NCBI GenBank assembly: GCA_046581755.1
Contig: JAYGFR010000011.1
Span: 1-24,203, forward strand
Direction: 5' to 3'
Source: Nitrospinota bacterium
Lineage (GTDB): Bacteria > UBA8248
Length of the DNA stretch: 24,203 nt
Of the stretch, positions 8,068-18,671 are shown piece by piece. Both the position numbers and the translations under genes were made by a program. Below the pieces are notes generated by a model that was not told the origin of the DNA, did not search any database, and was given only the letters and a program-made list of their open reading frames with translations. Each line of letters starts with the position of its first letter. Positions within the stretch are counted from its first letter, which is position 1.

Positions 8068-9990
8068 ATGAACTCCCGTTACGACGTTATCGTCATCGGG
8101 GGCGGGCATGCCGGAAGCGAGGCGGCGATGGCCGCCGCCCGCATGGGAATGCGAACCCTGCTCTTCACTATGAACCTCGATACGGTGGGCCTGATGTCGT
8201 GCAATCCGGCGATTGGCGGGCTGGCCAAGGGGGTTTTGGTGCGCGAAATTGACGCCCTGGGGGGAGAGATGGCCCGCGCCATCGATGCGACCGGGATTCA
8301 GTTCCGGATGCTCAACATGAAAAAAGGCCCGGCAGTACGAGCCCTCCGCGCCCAGGCCGACAAGCAGATGTATCGGCTGTATATCAAGCGGGCCGTGGAA
8401 AACCAGCCCGGCCTGTTTCTCAAGCAGGGTGCCCTCGGGCGGCTTTTGATAGAAAACGGGCGCATCGCCGGGGTGGAATCCGGCCTGCGGGAAGAATACC
8501 GCGCGCCGGCGGTGATTCTGACTCCGGGCACATTCACAAGGGCCCTTCTCCACTATGGCGACAGGAAGGTGGAGGGAGGGCGCGCGGGCGAAGGGGCCGC
8601 CAAGGGCCTCAGCGAGGAACTGTCCAACCTCGGTTTTCGCATCGGCAGGATGAAAACCGGAACGCCGCCGCGCCTCGACGGAAAATCAATCGATTTCGAG
8701 GGGCTCAAAGTTCAGCCGGGGGACGATCCGCCGCTCCCCTTTTCATACCGGACCACTTCCATCGATCAGGAGCAGATTCCCTGCTACGTCACCTACACCA
8801 ACGAAGCCTCGCACAATCTGATACGCCGGAATATCGCGCGCGCGCCCATGTTCAACGGCCAGATCGAGGGCACGGGCGTGAGGTACTGCCCCAGCATCGA
8901 GGACAAGGTGATGCGCTTTCCGGACAAGAGCGCCCACCAGATTTTTCTCGAGCCCGAGGGCCGGGACACCCAAGAGATATACGTCAACGGCCTCTCTACG
9001 AGCCTTCCGGCCGAAGTTCAGCTGGGGGTGATCAGGACGATTCCAGGCCTGGAGCGGGCGGAGATGATGCGCGCGGGCTATGCCGTGGAGTATGACTACG
9101 TGGATCCGGCCGAACTCTTCCCCAGCTTGATGACCAAGCGGGTCTCCGGCCTGTTTCACGCGGGACAGGTGAACGGGACGACGGGATACGAGGAAGCCGC
9201 CGCCCAGGGGCTGATAGCCGGCATCAATGCCGCCCGGTTTGTCCAGAATCGGGAGCCAGTGGTTCTTGGCCGCGATCAGGCTTTTATCGGAGTGTTGATT
9301 GACGATCTGGTGACGAAGGGGGTTCAGGAGCCCTATCGGATGTTCACCAGCCGGGCCGAGCATCGCCTTCATCTTCGGCACGACAACGCCGACGCGCGGC
9401 TGATGGCGCTGGGGCATGAGCTGGGATCGCTCGAAGAAGCCCCCTGCCGCGAATATTTGCAAAAAACCCGAAAATGCTCACAACTTATTGATTATATTGA
9501 AGATATGAGCATTCATCCAAAGGCCGGCGTGGTTTCCATCTTTGAGTCCTCCGGATCGGCGCCTCCTCGCAAGGCATTGACATTGGGCGAGTTAATTCGA
9601 CGGCCCGAAATGACGCCAGAGCTGGCGGCCGATGTGGACGATCTCATGGAGGGAAAATTTCGCCGGATGTGGAACGATCTGGGCCAAGAAGCCCGGCGTT
9701 TTGTCATGGCGGAAGTAAAATACAAGGACTACTTTGAGCGCGAGGCCCGCCAGGTCGCCGTCATCCGCCAGGCGGACCGGGTCCGGATCCCCGATAATTT
9801 TTCTTACTCCCAGGTCAACAATCTCACCGCCGAGGTCCGCCAGCGCCTGGATGAGATCCGGCCCGAAACACTTGGACAGGCCGGGCGCATCTCGGGCGTC
9901 ACCCCCGCCGCCGTTGCCGTCCTCGAGATCCATCTCCGAAAAGCACGCCCGTCAGACGGTAACGGCAAAGCCCGTCGGAAAACCTCCTAG
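8068..9990 (+). CDS. mnmG: tRNA uridine 5-carboxymethylaminomethyl modification enzyme MnmG (GidA)
   Basis: [32 protein letters not shown] and [16 protein letters not shown]. Confidence 0.98.
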   Translation: MNSRYDVIVIGGGHAGSEAAMAAARMGMRTLLFTMNLDTVGLMSCNPAIGGLAKGVLVREIDALGGEMARAIDATGIQFRMLNMKKGPAVRALRAQADKQMYRLYIKRAVENQPGLFLKQGALGRLLIENGRIAGVESGLREEYRAPAVILTPGTFTRALLHYGDRKVEGGRAGEGAAKGLSEELSNLGFRIGRMKTGTPPRLDGKSIDFEGLKVQPGDDPPLPFSYRTTSIDQEQIPCYVTYTNEASHNLIRRNIARAPMFNGQIEGTGVRYCPSIEDKVMRFPDKSAHQIFLEPEGRDTQEIYVNGLSTSLPAEVQLGVIRTIPGLERAEMMRAGYAVEYDYVDPAELFPSLMTKRVSGLFHAGQVNGTTGYEEAAAQGLIAGINAARFVQNREPVVLGRDQAFIGVLIDDLVTKGVQEPYRMFTSRAEHRLHLRHDNADARLMALGHELGSLEEAPCREYLQKTRKCSQLIDYIEDMSIHPKAGVVSIFESSGSAPPRKALTLGELIRRPEMTPELAADVDDLMEGKFRRMWNDLGQEARRFVMAEVKYKDYFEREARQVAVIRQADRVRIPDNFSYSQVNNLTAEVRQRLDEIRPETLGQAGRISGVTPAAVAVLEIHLRKARPSDGNGKARRKTS

Positions 9991-10100
9991 AGCGGAAGTT
10001 TTTTACCGGGGGGGGTCTTTCTCCCTGCCTTTAGCGGTTGGCCTGGAATACCAGTTGACAAATCCTTTTCCCAATCGATTTCGCAATCAACCCCGCAGAA

Positions 10101-10116
10101 TGTTCCACATGGAACA
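10101..10116. promoter_or_regulatory. parS centromere site 1
   Basis: TGTTCCACATGGAACA versus consensus TGTTNCACGTGNAACA; upstream of parA. Confidence 0.88.
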
Positions 10117-10129
10117 GTGCCGGTGATTT

Positions 10130-10145
10130 TGTTCCATGCGGAACA
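10130..10145. promoter_or_regulatory. parS centromere site 2 (degenerate)
   Basis: TGTTCCATGCGGAACA; palindromic arms with two central mismatches. Confidence 0.7.
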
Positions 10146-10162
10146 ATGGGCTACGTGTTTTT

Positions 10163-10178
10163 TGTTTCACCTGGAACA
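10163..10178. promoter_or_regulatory. parS centromere site 3
   Basis: TGTTTCACCTGGAACA; one central mismatch. Confidence 0.85.
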
Positions 10179-10266
10179 ATGTCTTGAATTTCGGGCTTCC
10201 GTATGCGAAAATTAAAAAAAGAAATCCCCCCTCGTTTCTAGCGATAGACAATTCTAGCGAGAGGCA

Positions 10267-11105
<839 letters not shown>

Positions 11106-11106
<1 letters not shown>

Positions 11107-12035
11107 TGGCAACGTCAAAAAAACGGGGGCTGGGCCGGGGGCTCGATGCGCTTTTATCGGCCGATCTCCCCGAGGCGCCGATCCCGGGGTCCGGACCGGC
11201 CGGTGCGGCAATACCTCGCGAACCCGAAGGAAGCCGGATTTTGATGATTTCGTTGGATCGGCTCCGCCCCGGAATTCATCAGCCCCGGTCCGAGTTCGGA
11301 GACGATGAGATGGAGGAATTGGCCGATTCCCTCCGGCTTCACGGGGTGCTCCAGCCGATACTGGTGAACCGTGCGGGGGAGGGCTATGAAATAATCGCCG
11401 GCGAGCGCCGTTGGCGGGCCGCCCAACTGGCCGGTCTCGCCGAGATTCCGGCGATTGCCGTGGATGTGGCGGAGAAAAATTCTCTTGAAATCGCGGTCAT
11501 CGAAAATATTCAACGATCCGATCTGAACCCCATGGAAGAAGCGGCGGCCTACGAAAGCATGATGGAGCGGCTCTCCCTCACCCAAGAAGAAGTCGCCTCG
11601 CGGGTGGGCAAGGAGCGCTCCACGGTGGCAAACTACATCCGCCTGCTTCGCCTGCCCGATTCGGTCCGCGAAAGTGTGGCGGCGGGAGCCCTGTCCATGG
11701 GACATGCGCGGGCGCTCCTGGCCCTTCGTAACGATGAGGAAATCGTCAAGCTGGCCCGGGCGGCGGAAAAATCGGCCCTCTCCGTCCGCCAGCTCGAGGC
11801 GCGCATCCGGAAAGCGCTTGCGGGACCGGCGGCGAAAAGAGGAAGATACGCGGTAACGTCATCGAGCGATCGGATTACCGGACCGCAGGCCGTTTTCCTT
11901 CGCGGAATCGGCGAGCGGCTGCGGGTTGCGCTCGGAACCAAGGTATCGATGCAGGGCGATGAGAAGGGTGGAAAAATCGTCATCGAATACTACTCGGCCG
12001 AAATGCTCGAAGGCATTGTCGACCGGCTTTCATAG
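11106..12035 (+). CDS. parB: Chromosome partitioning CTPase ParB/Spo0J
   Basis: LGRGLDALL, AGERRWRAA (GxxRxxA), ENIQRSDLNPMEEA and HTH TQEEVASRVGKERSTVANYIRLL. Confidence 0.97.
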
Positions 12036-12080
12036 GAACGGTTTGGGTTGGGCGGTTGGCCGGCTGGCGGGAGGTGATGA

Positions 12081-12473
12081 ATGGCCCGAAACGATAAGAA
12101 TTACGATAAAAGCATCCGCGCGTTCCTGGGAGAGGGGACCGAGTTCAATGGCGTGATTTCTTTCGAGGGAACGGTGCGCGTGGACGGCGTTCTCGAGGGC
12201 GAGGTCATCACGGAAGATACGTTTATCGTCGGCGCCGCTGCGCATGTCACCGCGAACATCCAGGCCGGGGTCGTGATCATCATGGGCCACGTGGAAGGCA
12301 AAATCGAAGCCAAGGAAAAATGCGAAATTCGTTTGGGCAGCCACGTCAAGGGAGAGGTCCACACGCCGAGCATTTATATCGAAGAGGGCGCCGTGTTCGA
12401 GGGCGCTTGCTACATGACGGGAGAAAACGCCCGGTCCGAAGACCAGCTGGCCCCCTCGGTCGAATCCGCTTGA
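12081..12473 (+). CDS. Bactofilin (polymer-forming cytoskeletal protein)
   Basis: Beta-helix repeat pattern FLGEGTEFNGVI..VRVDG..GHVEGKI..IEEGAVFEG; RBS GGAGG. Confidence 0.9.
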   Translation: MARNDKNYDKSIRAFLGEGTEFNGVISFEGTVRVDGVLEGEVITEDTFIVGAAAHVTANIQAGVVIIMGHVEGKIEAKEKCEIRLGSHVKGEVHTPSIYIEEGAVFEGACYMTGENARSEDQLAPSVESA

Positions 12474-12506
12474 TCGGGCCGGCCCGCCTTGCCGGTCCCC
12501 CCTAAA

Positions 12507-13097
12507 ATGAAACGATACACAGGCTCCGTTTTTATTTTCGCATTTTGCGCCATTCTCCCGGCGTTGACGGGAGGGTGCGGCAAGGCATCCCGAATCACCG
12601 TTCCCGGGAGCGCGGCCAAGCCGGCCGTCTACAGTCCGCATCCGGCCAGCGCGGCGTTCAAGGCCCTGCGGCTGGAAAAAGCCGGTTCCATCGTCGTCCT
12701 GAATATCGAGGGCGCGGATCCGCATTCCATCATGACGATCATATACGAATTACTGCTGAGAAAGGGATATGCCGTCCGGGACGTTGGAAAGACGTTCCAA
12801 ATTCTCGTGGACAAAGGCATCTTCCGGTACGGGCCCACCGATTCCAGGATGCTCGAAGAGGCCGCCGGAGCGTTCACCGAGGATATCGGCATTGCCGGCA
12901 GCGTCGAAACGGTACAGGCGAATCCGTTGAAAATACTTCTTGAGTTGTATTGGTACGACCTGAAAAAAAGAAAAAGAATCTGGACGATGAAGGCATCCAG
13001 CACGGGAGCGATTTTCATCGGTGCGCAAAAATATGAGGCCGTGGTCCGGCAGGCCCTGCGCCAGGCGATGGCGGCCGTCCCGCGCGCCGCACCCTGA
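12507..13097 (+). CDS. Putative lipoprotein of unknown function
   Basis: MKR + hydrophobic stretch + LTGGC lipobox-like site; alpha/beta pattern loosely like LpoB/CsgG-type lipoproteins. Confidence 0.6.
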   Translation: MKRYTGSVFIFAFCAILPALTGGCGKASRITVPGSAAKPAVYSPHPASAAFKALRLEKAGSIVVLNIEGADPHSIMTIIYELLLRKGYAVRDVGKTFQILVDKGIFRYGPTDSRMLEEAAGAFTEDIGIAGSVETVQANPLKILLELYWYDLKKRKRIWTMKASSTGAIFIGAQKYEAVVRQALRQAMAAVPRAAP

Positions 13098-13106
13098 GGC
13101 GGACGG

Positions 13107-13349
13107 ATGGACATAAAACCGGGGGCGGCGATTGCGGGATTTTTATTCTGGTTTCTGATGGCCGGGCTGATCTATACCCACAACTACTGGTGGAGCCTGA
13201 TCCTCGGGCTGGGGTCGCTTATGGCGGCGTTGGCCTGGGGCGGCCTGCGGTGGATTTGGATGTGCCGGCCGCCTCGCCCGGAGCCGCCGCCGAAGTCGGA
13301 TTTGCCCGTAATCGATTTTAAAGACGTCAAGCCCGGTGATTTTGAATGA
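13107..13349 (+). CDS. Small two-TM membrane protein
   Basis: Two hydrophobic helices and a Pro-rich tail; ATGA overlap with the next gene. Confidence 0.65.
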   Translation: MDIKPGAAIAGFLFWFLMAGLIYTHNYWWSLILGLGSLMAALAWGGLRWIWMCRPPRPEPPPKSDLPVIDFKDVKPGDFE

Positions 13350-14200
13350 AGCGGATTGCCGCTTTGATCTTGCTCGCCGTCTCGGGGATCTCCGGGTGTG
13401 GGGGATCCGCCTCGGGAGGCAGGCTTCCGCCGCTTCCGGCCGGGGCGGCGAATCGGTCGCCCATGGTTTTCATCGCGGCCGGAAAGTTTTTCCGGGGCCG
13501 CGATGCAGCGCGGGGCCTGAAAAAGAAGAAGAAGAAGGACAGCGCCTCGCCCCGGCGGCGGATATTTGTGGGCGCTTTTGAAATCGATAAGTTCGAGGTG
13601 ACCCATTCGGCATACGAACGGTTCGTGCGATCCGCCAACCGCCGGCCTCCGGGCGCGGCGGGCAAGGGGCGCGGGGGACCCTGGGAACGGTTCGTCTGGG
13701 ATGGCAAAAAAGCACCGCCGGGAACGGGAGACATTCCGGTGACGCTTATTACCTGGTTCGAGGCCGAGGCGTATTGCGCATGGGTCGGCAAGCGCCTCCC
13801 GACCGAGGCCGAGTGGGAAAAAGCCGCCCGGGGCACGGACGGACGAATCTACCCGTGGGGCGATTCGGCGGCGCCGGAAGCGGCGAACTTTGGAAAACGG
13901 CACAGTGGCCCGCTGCCCGGCGGAAATTTTGCTCTCGACAAAAGCCCTTACGGGGTCATGGACATGGCCGGCAACGTCGCCGAGTGGGTTAACGATTATT
14001 TCGGCCCCGGCTATTATGCGGACCCGCCCGCCCGGAATCCGAAAGGCCCCCGGCGGGGCAATCACCGTTCGGTGCGGGGCGGATTCTGGGACAGTCCGGA
14101 AAAGGAAATTCGAACCGACTGGCGATGGCATGGCGCGCCTTCCAAGTCCCACGGGGGCGTCGGCGTCCGGTGCGCCCGATCGGCGGAGGCGGGGCGGTGA
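13346..14200 (+). CDS. FGE-sulfatase (SUMF1-like) domain lipoprotein
   Basis: ISGC lipobox; FEVT, RLPTEAEWEKAARG, DMAGNVAEW, RGGFW and GVRC motifs. Confidence 0.88.
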   Translation: MKRIAALILLAVSGISGCGGSASGGRLPPLPAGAANRSPMVFIAAGKFFRGRDAARGLKKKKKKDSASPRRRIFVGAFEIDKFEVTHSAYERFVRSANRRPPGAAGKGRGGPWERFVWDGKKAPPGTGDIPVTLITWFEAEAYCAWVGKRLPTEAEWEKAARGTDGRIYPWGDSAAPEAANFGKRHSGPLPGGNFALDKSPYGVMDMAGNVAEWVNDYFGPGYYADPPARNPKGPRRGNHRSVRGGFWDSPEKEIRTDWRWHGAPSKSHGGVGVRCARSAEAGR

Positions 14201-14613
14201 GCAAATCCCTGTTCGTCATCTTCGCCCACAGCGGAGACTACGACCGCCTTTATCAGGTGGCGACGCTGGCCGCGAGCGCGACGGCGAACGGAGAGGATGT
14301 CCGGGTCATTCTTTTTTTCGGGGCGCTGCGGCGTTTCGTGGCCGACGATCTGGACGATACGGCCCTGCCCGCTTCGTATGGGGACGAGGGCCCGGCGCTC
14401 GAGGCCCGGATGAAAGAGGCGCGGGCGCATTCGGTGGGCGATCTCATCGACACCGCGCGCCGGACGGGGCGGCTGAAGCTCTATGCCTGCGCGGCCCAGG
14501 TGAAGTTCCTCGGGCTCACGGCTGCGGACGTCGAGGGCATCGTCGATGAGGTGATCAGCCTGCCGGTTTTTCTTCGGGAGACGGCCGGGGCGCAAACGAA
14601 GCTGTTTATCTGA
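14197..14613 (+). CDS. DsrE/DsrF-like (DrsH) family protein
   Basis: GTGA overlap; pattern VIF..LAASATANGEDVRVILFF..KLYAC..VDEVISLPVFL..LFI with a single Cys. Confidence 0.7.
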   Translation: MSKSLFVIFAHSGDYDRLYQVATLAASATANGEDVRVILFFGALRRFVADDLDDTALPASYGDEGPALEARMKEARAHSVGDLIDTARRTGRLKLYACAAQVKFLGLTAADVEGIVDEVISLPVFLRETAGAQTKLFI

Positions 14614-14628
14614 TACATTCCGGATGCG

Positions 14629-14680
14629 GCGGGGATTTCCCGCCGGGATTTCCTGCCGGGGTTTTGCGCCGGATAATTTT
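14629..14680. repeat. Degenerate 13-bp tandem repeat, about 4 units
   Basis: GCGGGGATTTCCC / GCCGGGATTTCCT / GCCGGGGTTTTGC / GCCGGATAATTTT. Confidence 0.55.
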
Positions 14681-14704
14681 TTTCGTTTTCATTCGGAGTC
14701 ACGC

Positions 14705-15568
14705 ATGAGATTTCAGGTCGGTCTGTCCCAGATGGGCCCCACGCTGGGCAACCTCGAGGCCAACGCGAAGATCATTCGCGGCGAGGTGAAAAAGGCCATC
14801 AAAAAAGGGGTAGATCTTTTGGTATTTCCCGAACTCTCCGTCACGGGATATTTCCTGAAAGACATCGTGCCCGAGGTGGCCCTGAAAAAAAACGCGCCCC
14901 TGCTCAAGGAGATCGCCGCGATGAGCGCGGATATTTCCATCGTCGCGGGGTTCGTCGAGGAATCCTCCCGGCACGGGTTCTACAACGCGGCCGGATATTT
15001 CGAGGGAGGGAAACTCCTCCACCTCCACCGAAAGCTCTACCTTCCGACCTACGGGCTGTTCGATGAGGGGCGCTATGTCGGCGCGGGGAAACGGGTGCGC
15101 GCCTTCGATACGCGTTTCGGGCGGGTGGCGATGTTGATCTGCGAGGACGCCTGGCACCCGAGCCTGGCCTACATCGCCTCCCAGGACGGGGCCGACATTC
15201 TCATCTTGCCCTCATCGAGCCCGGCGCGCGGGGTCAAGAAACAAAACGGCGGCAAGGCGAGCCTCGCCATCGAGCGCCAGTGGAACGCGCTGTGCCGCGC
15301 CCATGCGGCGGCCTTCAATCAGTTCGTGTTTTTCTGCAACCGCATCGGCTATGAGGACGGGATCAGCTTCTGGGGCGGATCGGAGATTATCCTGCCCACG
15401 GGCGAGGGGCTCATCGCTGGGCCCCGGTGGAAGCCCCGGCTCGTTATCGCCGAGGTGAATACGGCCGATGTGCGCCGGGCCCGGATCGCATCGCCCACCC
15501 TCCGGGACGAGGATCTCCACCTCACCCTGCGCGAGCTCCGCCGGATTCAGGCCGGGCGAAACGAGTAG
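14705..15568 (+). CDS. Carbon-nitrogen hydrolase (nitrilase family), probable glutaminase partner of NAD synthetase
   Basis: E-K-C triad: FPELSVTGY, HRKLYLPTYGLFDEGRY, ICEDAW. Confidence 0.88.
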   Translation: MRFQVGLSQMGPTLGNLEANAKIIRGEVKKAIKKGVDLLVFPELSVTGYFLKDIVPEVALKKNAPLLKEIAAMSADISIVAGFVEESSRHGFYNAAGYFEGGKLLHLHRKLYLPTYGLFDEGRYVGAGKRVRAFDTRFGRVAMLICEDAWHPSLAYIASQDGADILILPSSSPARGVKKQNGGKASLAIERQWNALCRAHAAAFNQFVFFCNRIGYEDGISFWGGSEIILPTGEGLIAGPRWKPRLVIAEVNTADVRRARIASPTLRDEDLHLTLRELRRIQAGRNE

Positions 15569-15698
15569 AGCGGGGCCTCCCCCTCATCCCAGGCAGGAAT
15601 CCCCTCCTGCTGGCGCCGGCGATCCTTTTTAAGTATAGTGATCTCAATCGATTACGAAACTTAGCCATTCTGCCGAAAGGACAGACCGCCCGAGAGCC

Positions 15699-16538
15699 AT
15701 GCCCACCGCCCGAACCACAGCCAAAGCGTCTGCGCGCCCGTTCATCAAATGGGCGGGCGGCAAGGGAAGGCTCCTCGCCCAGTACGCTCCCCTTTTTCCG
15801 GATGAGATCAGAGATTATCACGAGCCCTTTTTGGGCAGCGGCGCGGTATTTTTCCATCTCAGGCAGCGAATCGGGGGCCGGGCCTTTCTTTCGGACCGGA
15901 TCGGCGAGCTGGTCCGGTCCTTCGGGGCGGTGCGAGATGACCTGGAAGGGGTGATTCGCCACCTCGGGCGGCATGTCTACGAGCGGGGCCACTACTACCG
16001 CGTCCGGTCACAAAACCCCGCTCGGCTTTCGGTGGCGGGCCTGGCCGCGCGCTTTATCTACCTGAACCGGACCGGCTTCAACGGGCTCTACCGGGTAAAC
16101 CGCAGCGGGCGCTTCAACGTCCCCTTCGGCCGGCACACGAACCCCACCATCTGCGACGCGGAGGGCCTCCGGCTGGCCTCCCATGCCCTGGCCGGGGCCG
16201 AGATCGAACAACGCGGCTATCAGAAGCTATCCGGATGGGCCGAGGCAGGCGATTTCGTCTATCTGGATCCGCCCTACCATCCGCTCACCAAGACAGCGAA
16301 CTTCACCTCCTACACGGCCGATCGTTTCGGAGAGGCCGACCAGCGCACCCTGGCCCAGGCCTGCCGGGAGCTAGACGCCATCGGAGCGCGGTTCATGCTC
16401 TCGAACTCGGCCACCCCCCTCATCCGCGATCTCTACAAGGATTTCGACATCCGGCAGGTCTTCGCCGCCCGTGCCATCAACTCCCAGTCCTCAAAACGCG
16501 GCAAAATCCCCGAGGTGGTGGTGCGGAACTACGCCTAG
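15699..16538 (+). CDS. dam: Dam-family (D12 class) DNA adenine methyltransferase
   Basis: KWAGGK, EPFLGSGAV, FNGLYRVN..FNVPFG and YLDPPY; GATC specificity is inferred, not shown. Confidence 0.9.
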   Translation: MPTARTTAKASARPFIKWAGGKGRLLAQYAPLFPDEIRDYHEPFLGSGAVFFHLRQRIGGRAFLSDRIGELVRSFGAVRDDLEGVIRHLGRHVYERGHYYRVRSQNPARLSVAGLAARFIYLNRTGFNGLYRVNRSGRFNVPFGRHTNPTICDAEGLRLASHALAGAEIEQRGYQKLSGWAEAGDFVYLDPPYHPLTKTANFTSYTADRFGEADQRTLAQACRELDAIGARFMLSNSATPLIRDLYKDFDIRQVFAARAINSQSSKRGKIPEVVVRNYA

Positions 16539-16562
16539 CGGCGGGAAAAATCATTTTAAATT

Positions 16563-17146
16563 TCAGCCCTCATCCCTCTGCAGCTCCGGCAGCGCCACTT
16601 TTTCCGGATCGTATCCATCGCTCCTGATGCGGGCGGTGTGCTGTTCGCAGTCGAACACCCCGTCCTCGCCGACAATGGCCATGTCGCAGAATATTTCGAT
16701 GTTGTTTCCGTCCGGGTCGCAAAAATAGAGCGCCCGGTTCTCGCCCCACAGGCCGTCCCCGTCCGGATGGGTGGGGCTGTGGACGACGGGACCGTGGGTC
16801 AGCTCGACACCGTTCTCGCGGAGGTGCTTTTCCCAGGCGTCGAAGGTGGCCTTGTCCTCGACCTCGAAGGCGAAATGGGCGAGGCCGTATTCGACCGAGG
16901 AGCGCGAGTCCACCACCGGCGGTTGCGGGTCGGGCTGGGCCTCGGGGACGTTCATGGCCAGGTTGATGACGTGGTGCAACCCGGTACAGGTCATGAAGTT
17001 TTGCGCCGTGCGCTGCCCCCTGGGGGTGGCGTACGGATGCGCTCGTTCGTCCGGAATCCCAGGATGTCGGTGTAAAAGTGGACCGCCGTTTCGATGTCGC
17101 GCACTTTCAGGCCGACGTGCTGCAGGCCCTTTAGTTCCGGTGGCAT
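16563..17146 (-). pseudogene. VOC family protein (extradiol dioxygenase/glyoxalase-like), 1-nt frameshift
   Basis: ATG 17146 with RBS gives MPPELKGLQHVGLKVRDIETAVHFYTDILGF, which stops at 16991. The remainder (HHVINL..HFAFEV..YFCDPDGNNIEIF) is in another frame. Total length is 584 nt, 1 short of a multiple of 3. Confidence 0.8.
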
Positions 17147-17178
17147 GCCGGCTTCCTCTTTGAATATGGAGCCGCCGA

Positions 17179-17574
17179 TCAGGCTTTCGGCTCGATCAGC
17201 TCGATAACGACCCCGTCCGGCCCCGCCACATAGGCGGCGCGGTTGCCGCTCGGGAGCTCGAACAGGGGCTCGGGAATCTCCCCTCCTTTGGCCGTAACCT
17301 CCCGGAGCATCCCCTCGAGGCCGCCGACCTCAAGGCAGAAATGATCGATGCCGAAGCGTTGTTTTCCGGTGATGGATTTATCGATGGTGTCGCTCTCGCG
17401 CTCCCCGCGGATGTTGAGCATGCACTCGCCCAGGCGCACCCGCACGTTGCGCGCTCCTCGAAGCTCTTCATCCTTGAAAATATTTCCCCCCAGGAATTCG
17501 ACGAACCATTCGGCCGCCGCTCGCGGGTCCGGGCTGATGAGATGAACGTGGTGATAGTGTCCGACTACAGGCAT
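17179..17574 (-). CDS. VOC family protein (glyoxalase-like)
   Basis: HHVHL, GIDHFCLEV and GPDGVVIELIE. Confidence 0.9.
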   Translation of the reverse strand: MPVVGHYHHVHLISPDPRAAAEWFVEFLGGNIFKDEELRGARNVRVRLGECMLNIRGERESDTIDKSITGKQRFGIDHFCLEVGGLEGMLREVTAKGGEIPEPLFELPSGNRAAYVAGPDGVVIELIEPKA

Positions 17575-17642
17575 TTTGCCTCCTTTCCGCCGGGGCCGAT
17601 GTGCCCGGGCGGGGTGCGTGGATATATACCGTTCCTGCGGGA

Positions 17643-18034
17643 TTATTCTTTCAGTTCCAAAATTTCCATAATCACCCTTCGGGTCCCGCGATATAGGCGC
17701 CGCGGTTGCCGTTTGGAAGCTCGAAAAGAAGCTCGGGGATCTCGCCCCCCTTGGCCGCGAATTCCTCCAGCATCTTTTCGATACCGGTGACCTGGAAGCA
17801 TATGTGATCGATGCCGTACCGCTTGCCGGTTTCCGGGGGCGCGACGCTGTCCTCGGGGCGCTTTCCCCGGATGTTGAGGAGGCACTCCCCGAGTTTCACC
17901 TGCAGGTTATGAAACCCGCGCAGCTCCCCGTCCCGGGCGATCTAGCCACCCAGAAATTCGGCATACCATTCGGCGGTCCCGCGGGGGTCCTGGCTGAGGA
18001 GATGAACGTGGAGATAGTTTCCGACGATGGCCAT
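17643..18034 (-). pseudogene. VOC family paralogue with nonsense codon and frameshift
   Basis: MAIVGNYLHVHLLSQDP.. with an in-frame TAG at 17942-17944, then ..GIDHICFQV..GPEG and a -1 shift at ~17675 before VIMEILELKE. Confidence 0.85.
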
Positions 18035-18048
18035 GGACGGTTCCTCTT

Positions 18049-18438
18049 CTATTTATCCTGAATGAGTTCGAACAAAACGTTTTCGGGACCCACGACGAAG
18101 GCGGCCTCGCTGCCGCCCGAGTGATCGAAAATCTCCTCGTCGATCTCGACCCCGTTCGAGCGCATGTGCTCGACCATGCCGGCCAGGTCATCCACGAGAA
18201 AGCAGATGTGATCCAGCCCCGTGGGCTTGGAGCCGCCGGTCTCGATGGGCTTGTCCGTGGGCCGGGGGGTGCGGACGCTTAGTACTGCCTCGCCGATCCG
18301 CACGATGACGTTCCGCGCCCCGCGGGGCTCCTCGCGGCCGATGACTTCTCCGCCGAAAAATCTTCCGAACCAATCGGCGGCCGCCTCGGGGTCCGGGCTG
18401 ATGATGTGGACATGATGGTAGCCGCCGACGATAGCCAT
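18049..18438 (-). CDS. VOC family protein (glyoxalase-like)
   Basis: HHVHII, GLDHICFLV and GPENVLFELIQ; paralogue of its neighbours. Confidence 0.9.
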   Translation of the reverse strand: MAIVGGYHHVHIISPDPEAAADWFGRFFGGEVIGREEPRGARNVIVRIGEAVLSVRTPRPTDKPIETGGSKPTGLDHICFLVDDLAGMVEHMRSNGVEIDEEIFDHSGGSEAAFVVGPENVLFELIQDK

Positions 18439-18671
18439 GAAAATCCTTTCCGCAGCGCGGAGCTCAGCTTTTCCATTCGGTATTGGAGGGAAGCTGGCCG
18501 CCCCGGAAATGGAGAACGATGAGATCCCCGCCCCCGATATTCCCGATGAGCGGCATGGCGGCCCCCCGAACAGAGCCGGTCCGTATTCCCTCGGCCCGGC
18601 ATGAAGTTGTGTTCTCTGAAATTATGCGGCGACTCTCATCATTTACCCCCCCCCCAATCCCCCCTAAATAT

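Noticed and set aside
10055..10085. TTGACA as a parA promoter -35
   Set aside because: No acceptable -10 at 16-18 nt spacing.
17942..17944. In-frame TAG as pyrrolysine or other recoding
   Set aside because: The same gene also has a frameshift, many genes here end in TAG, and no pyl genes are seen.
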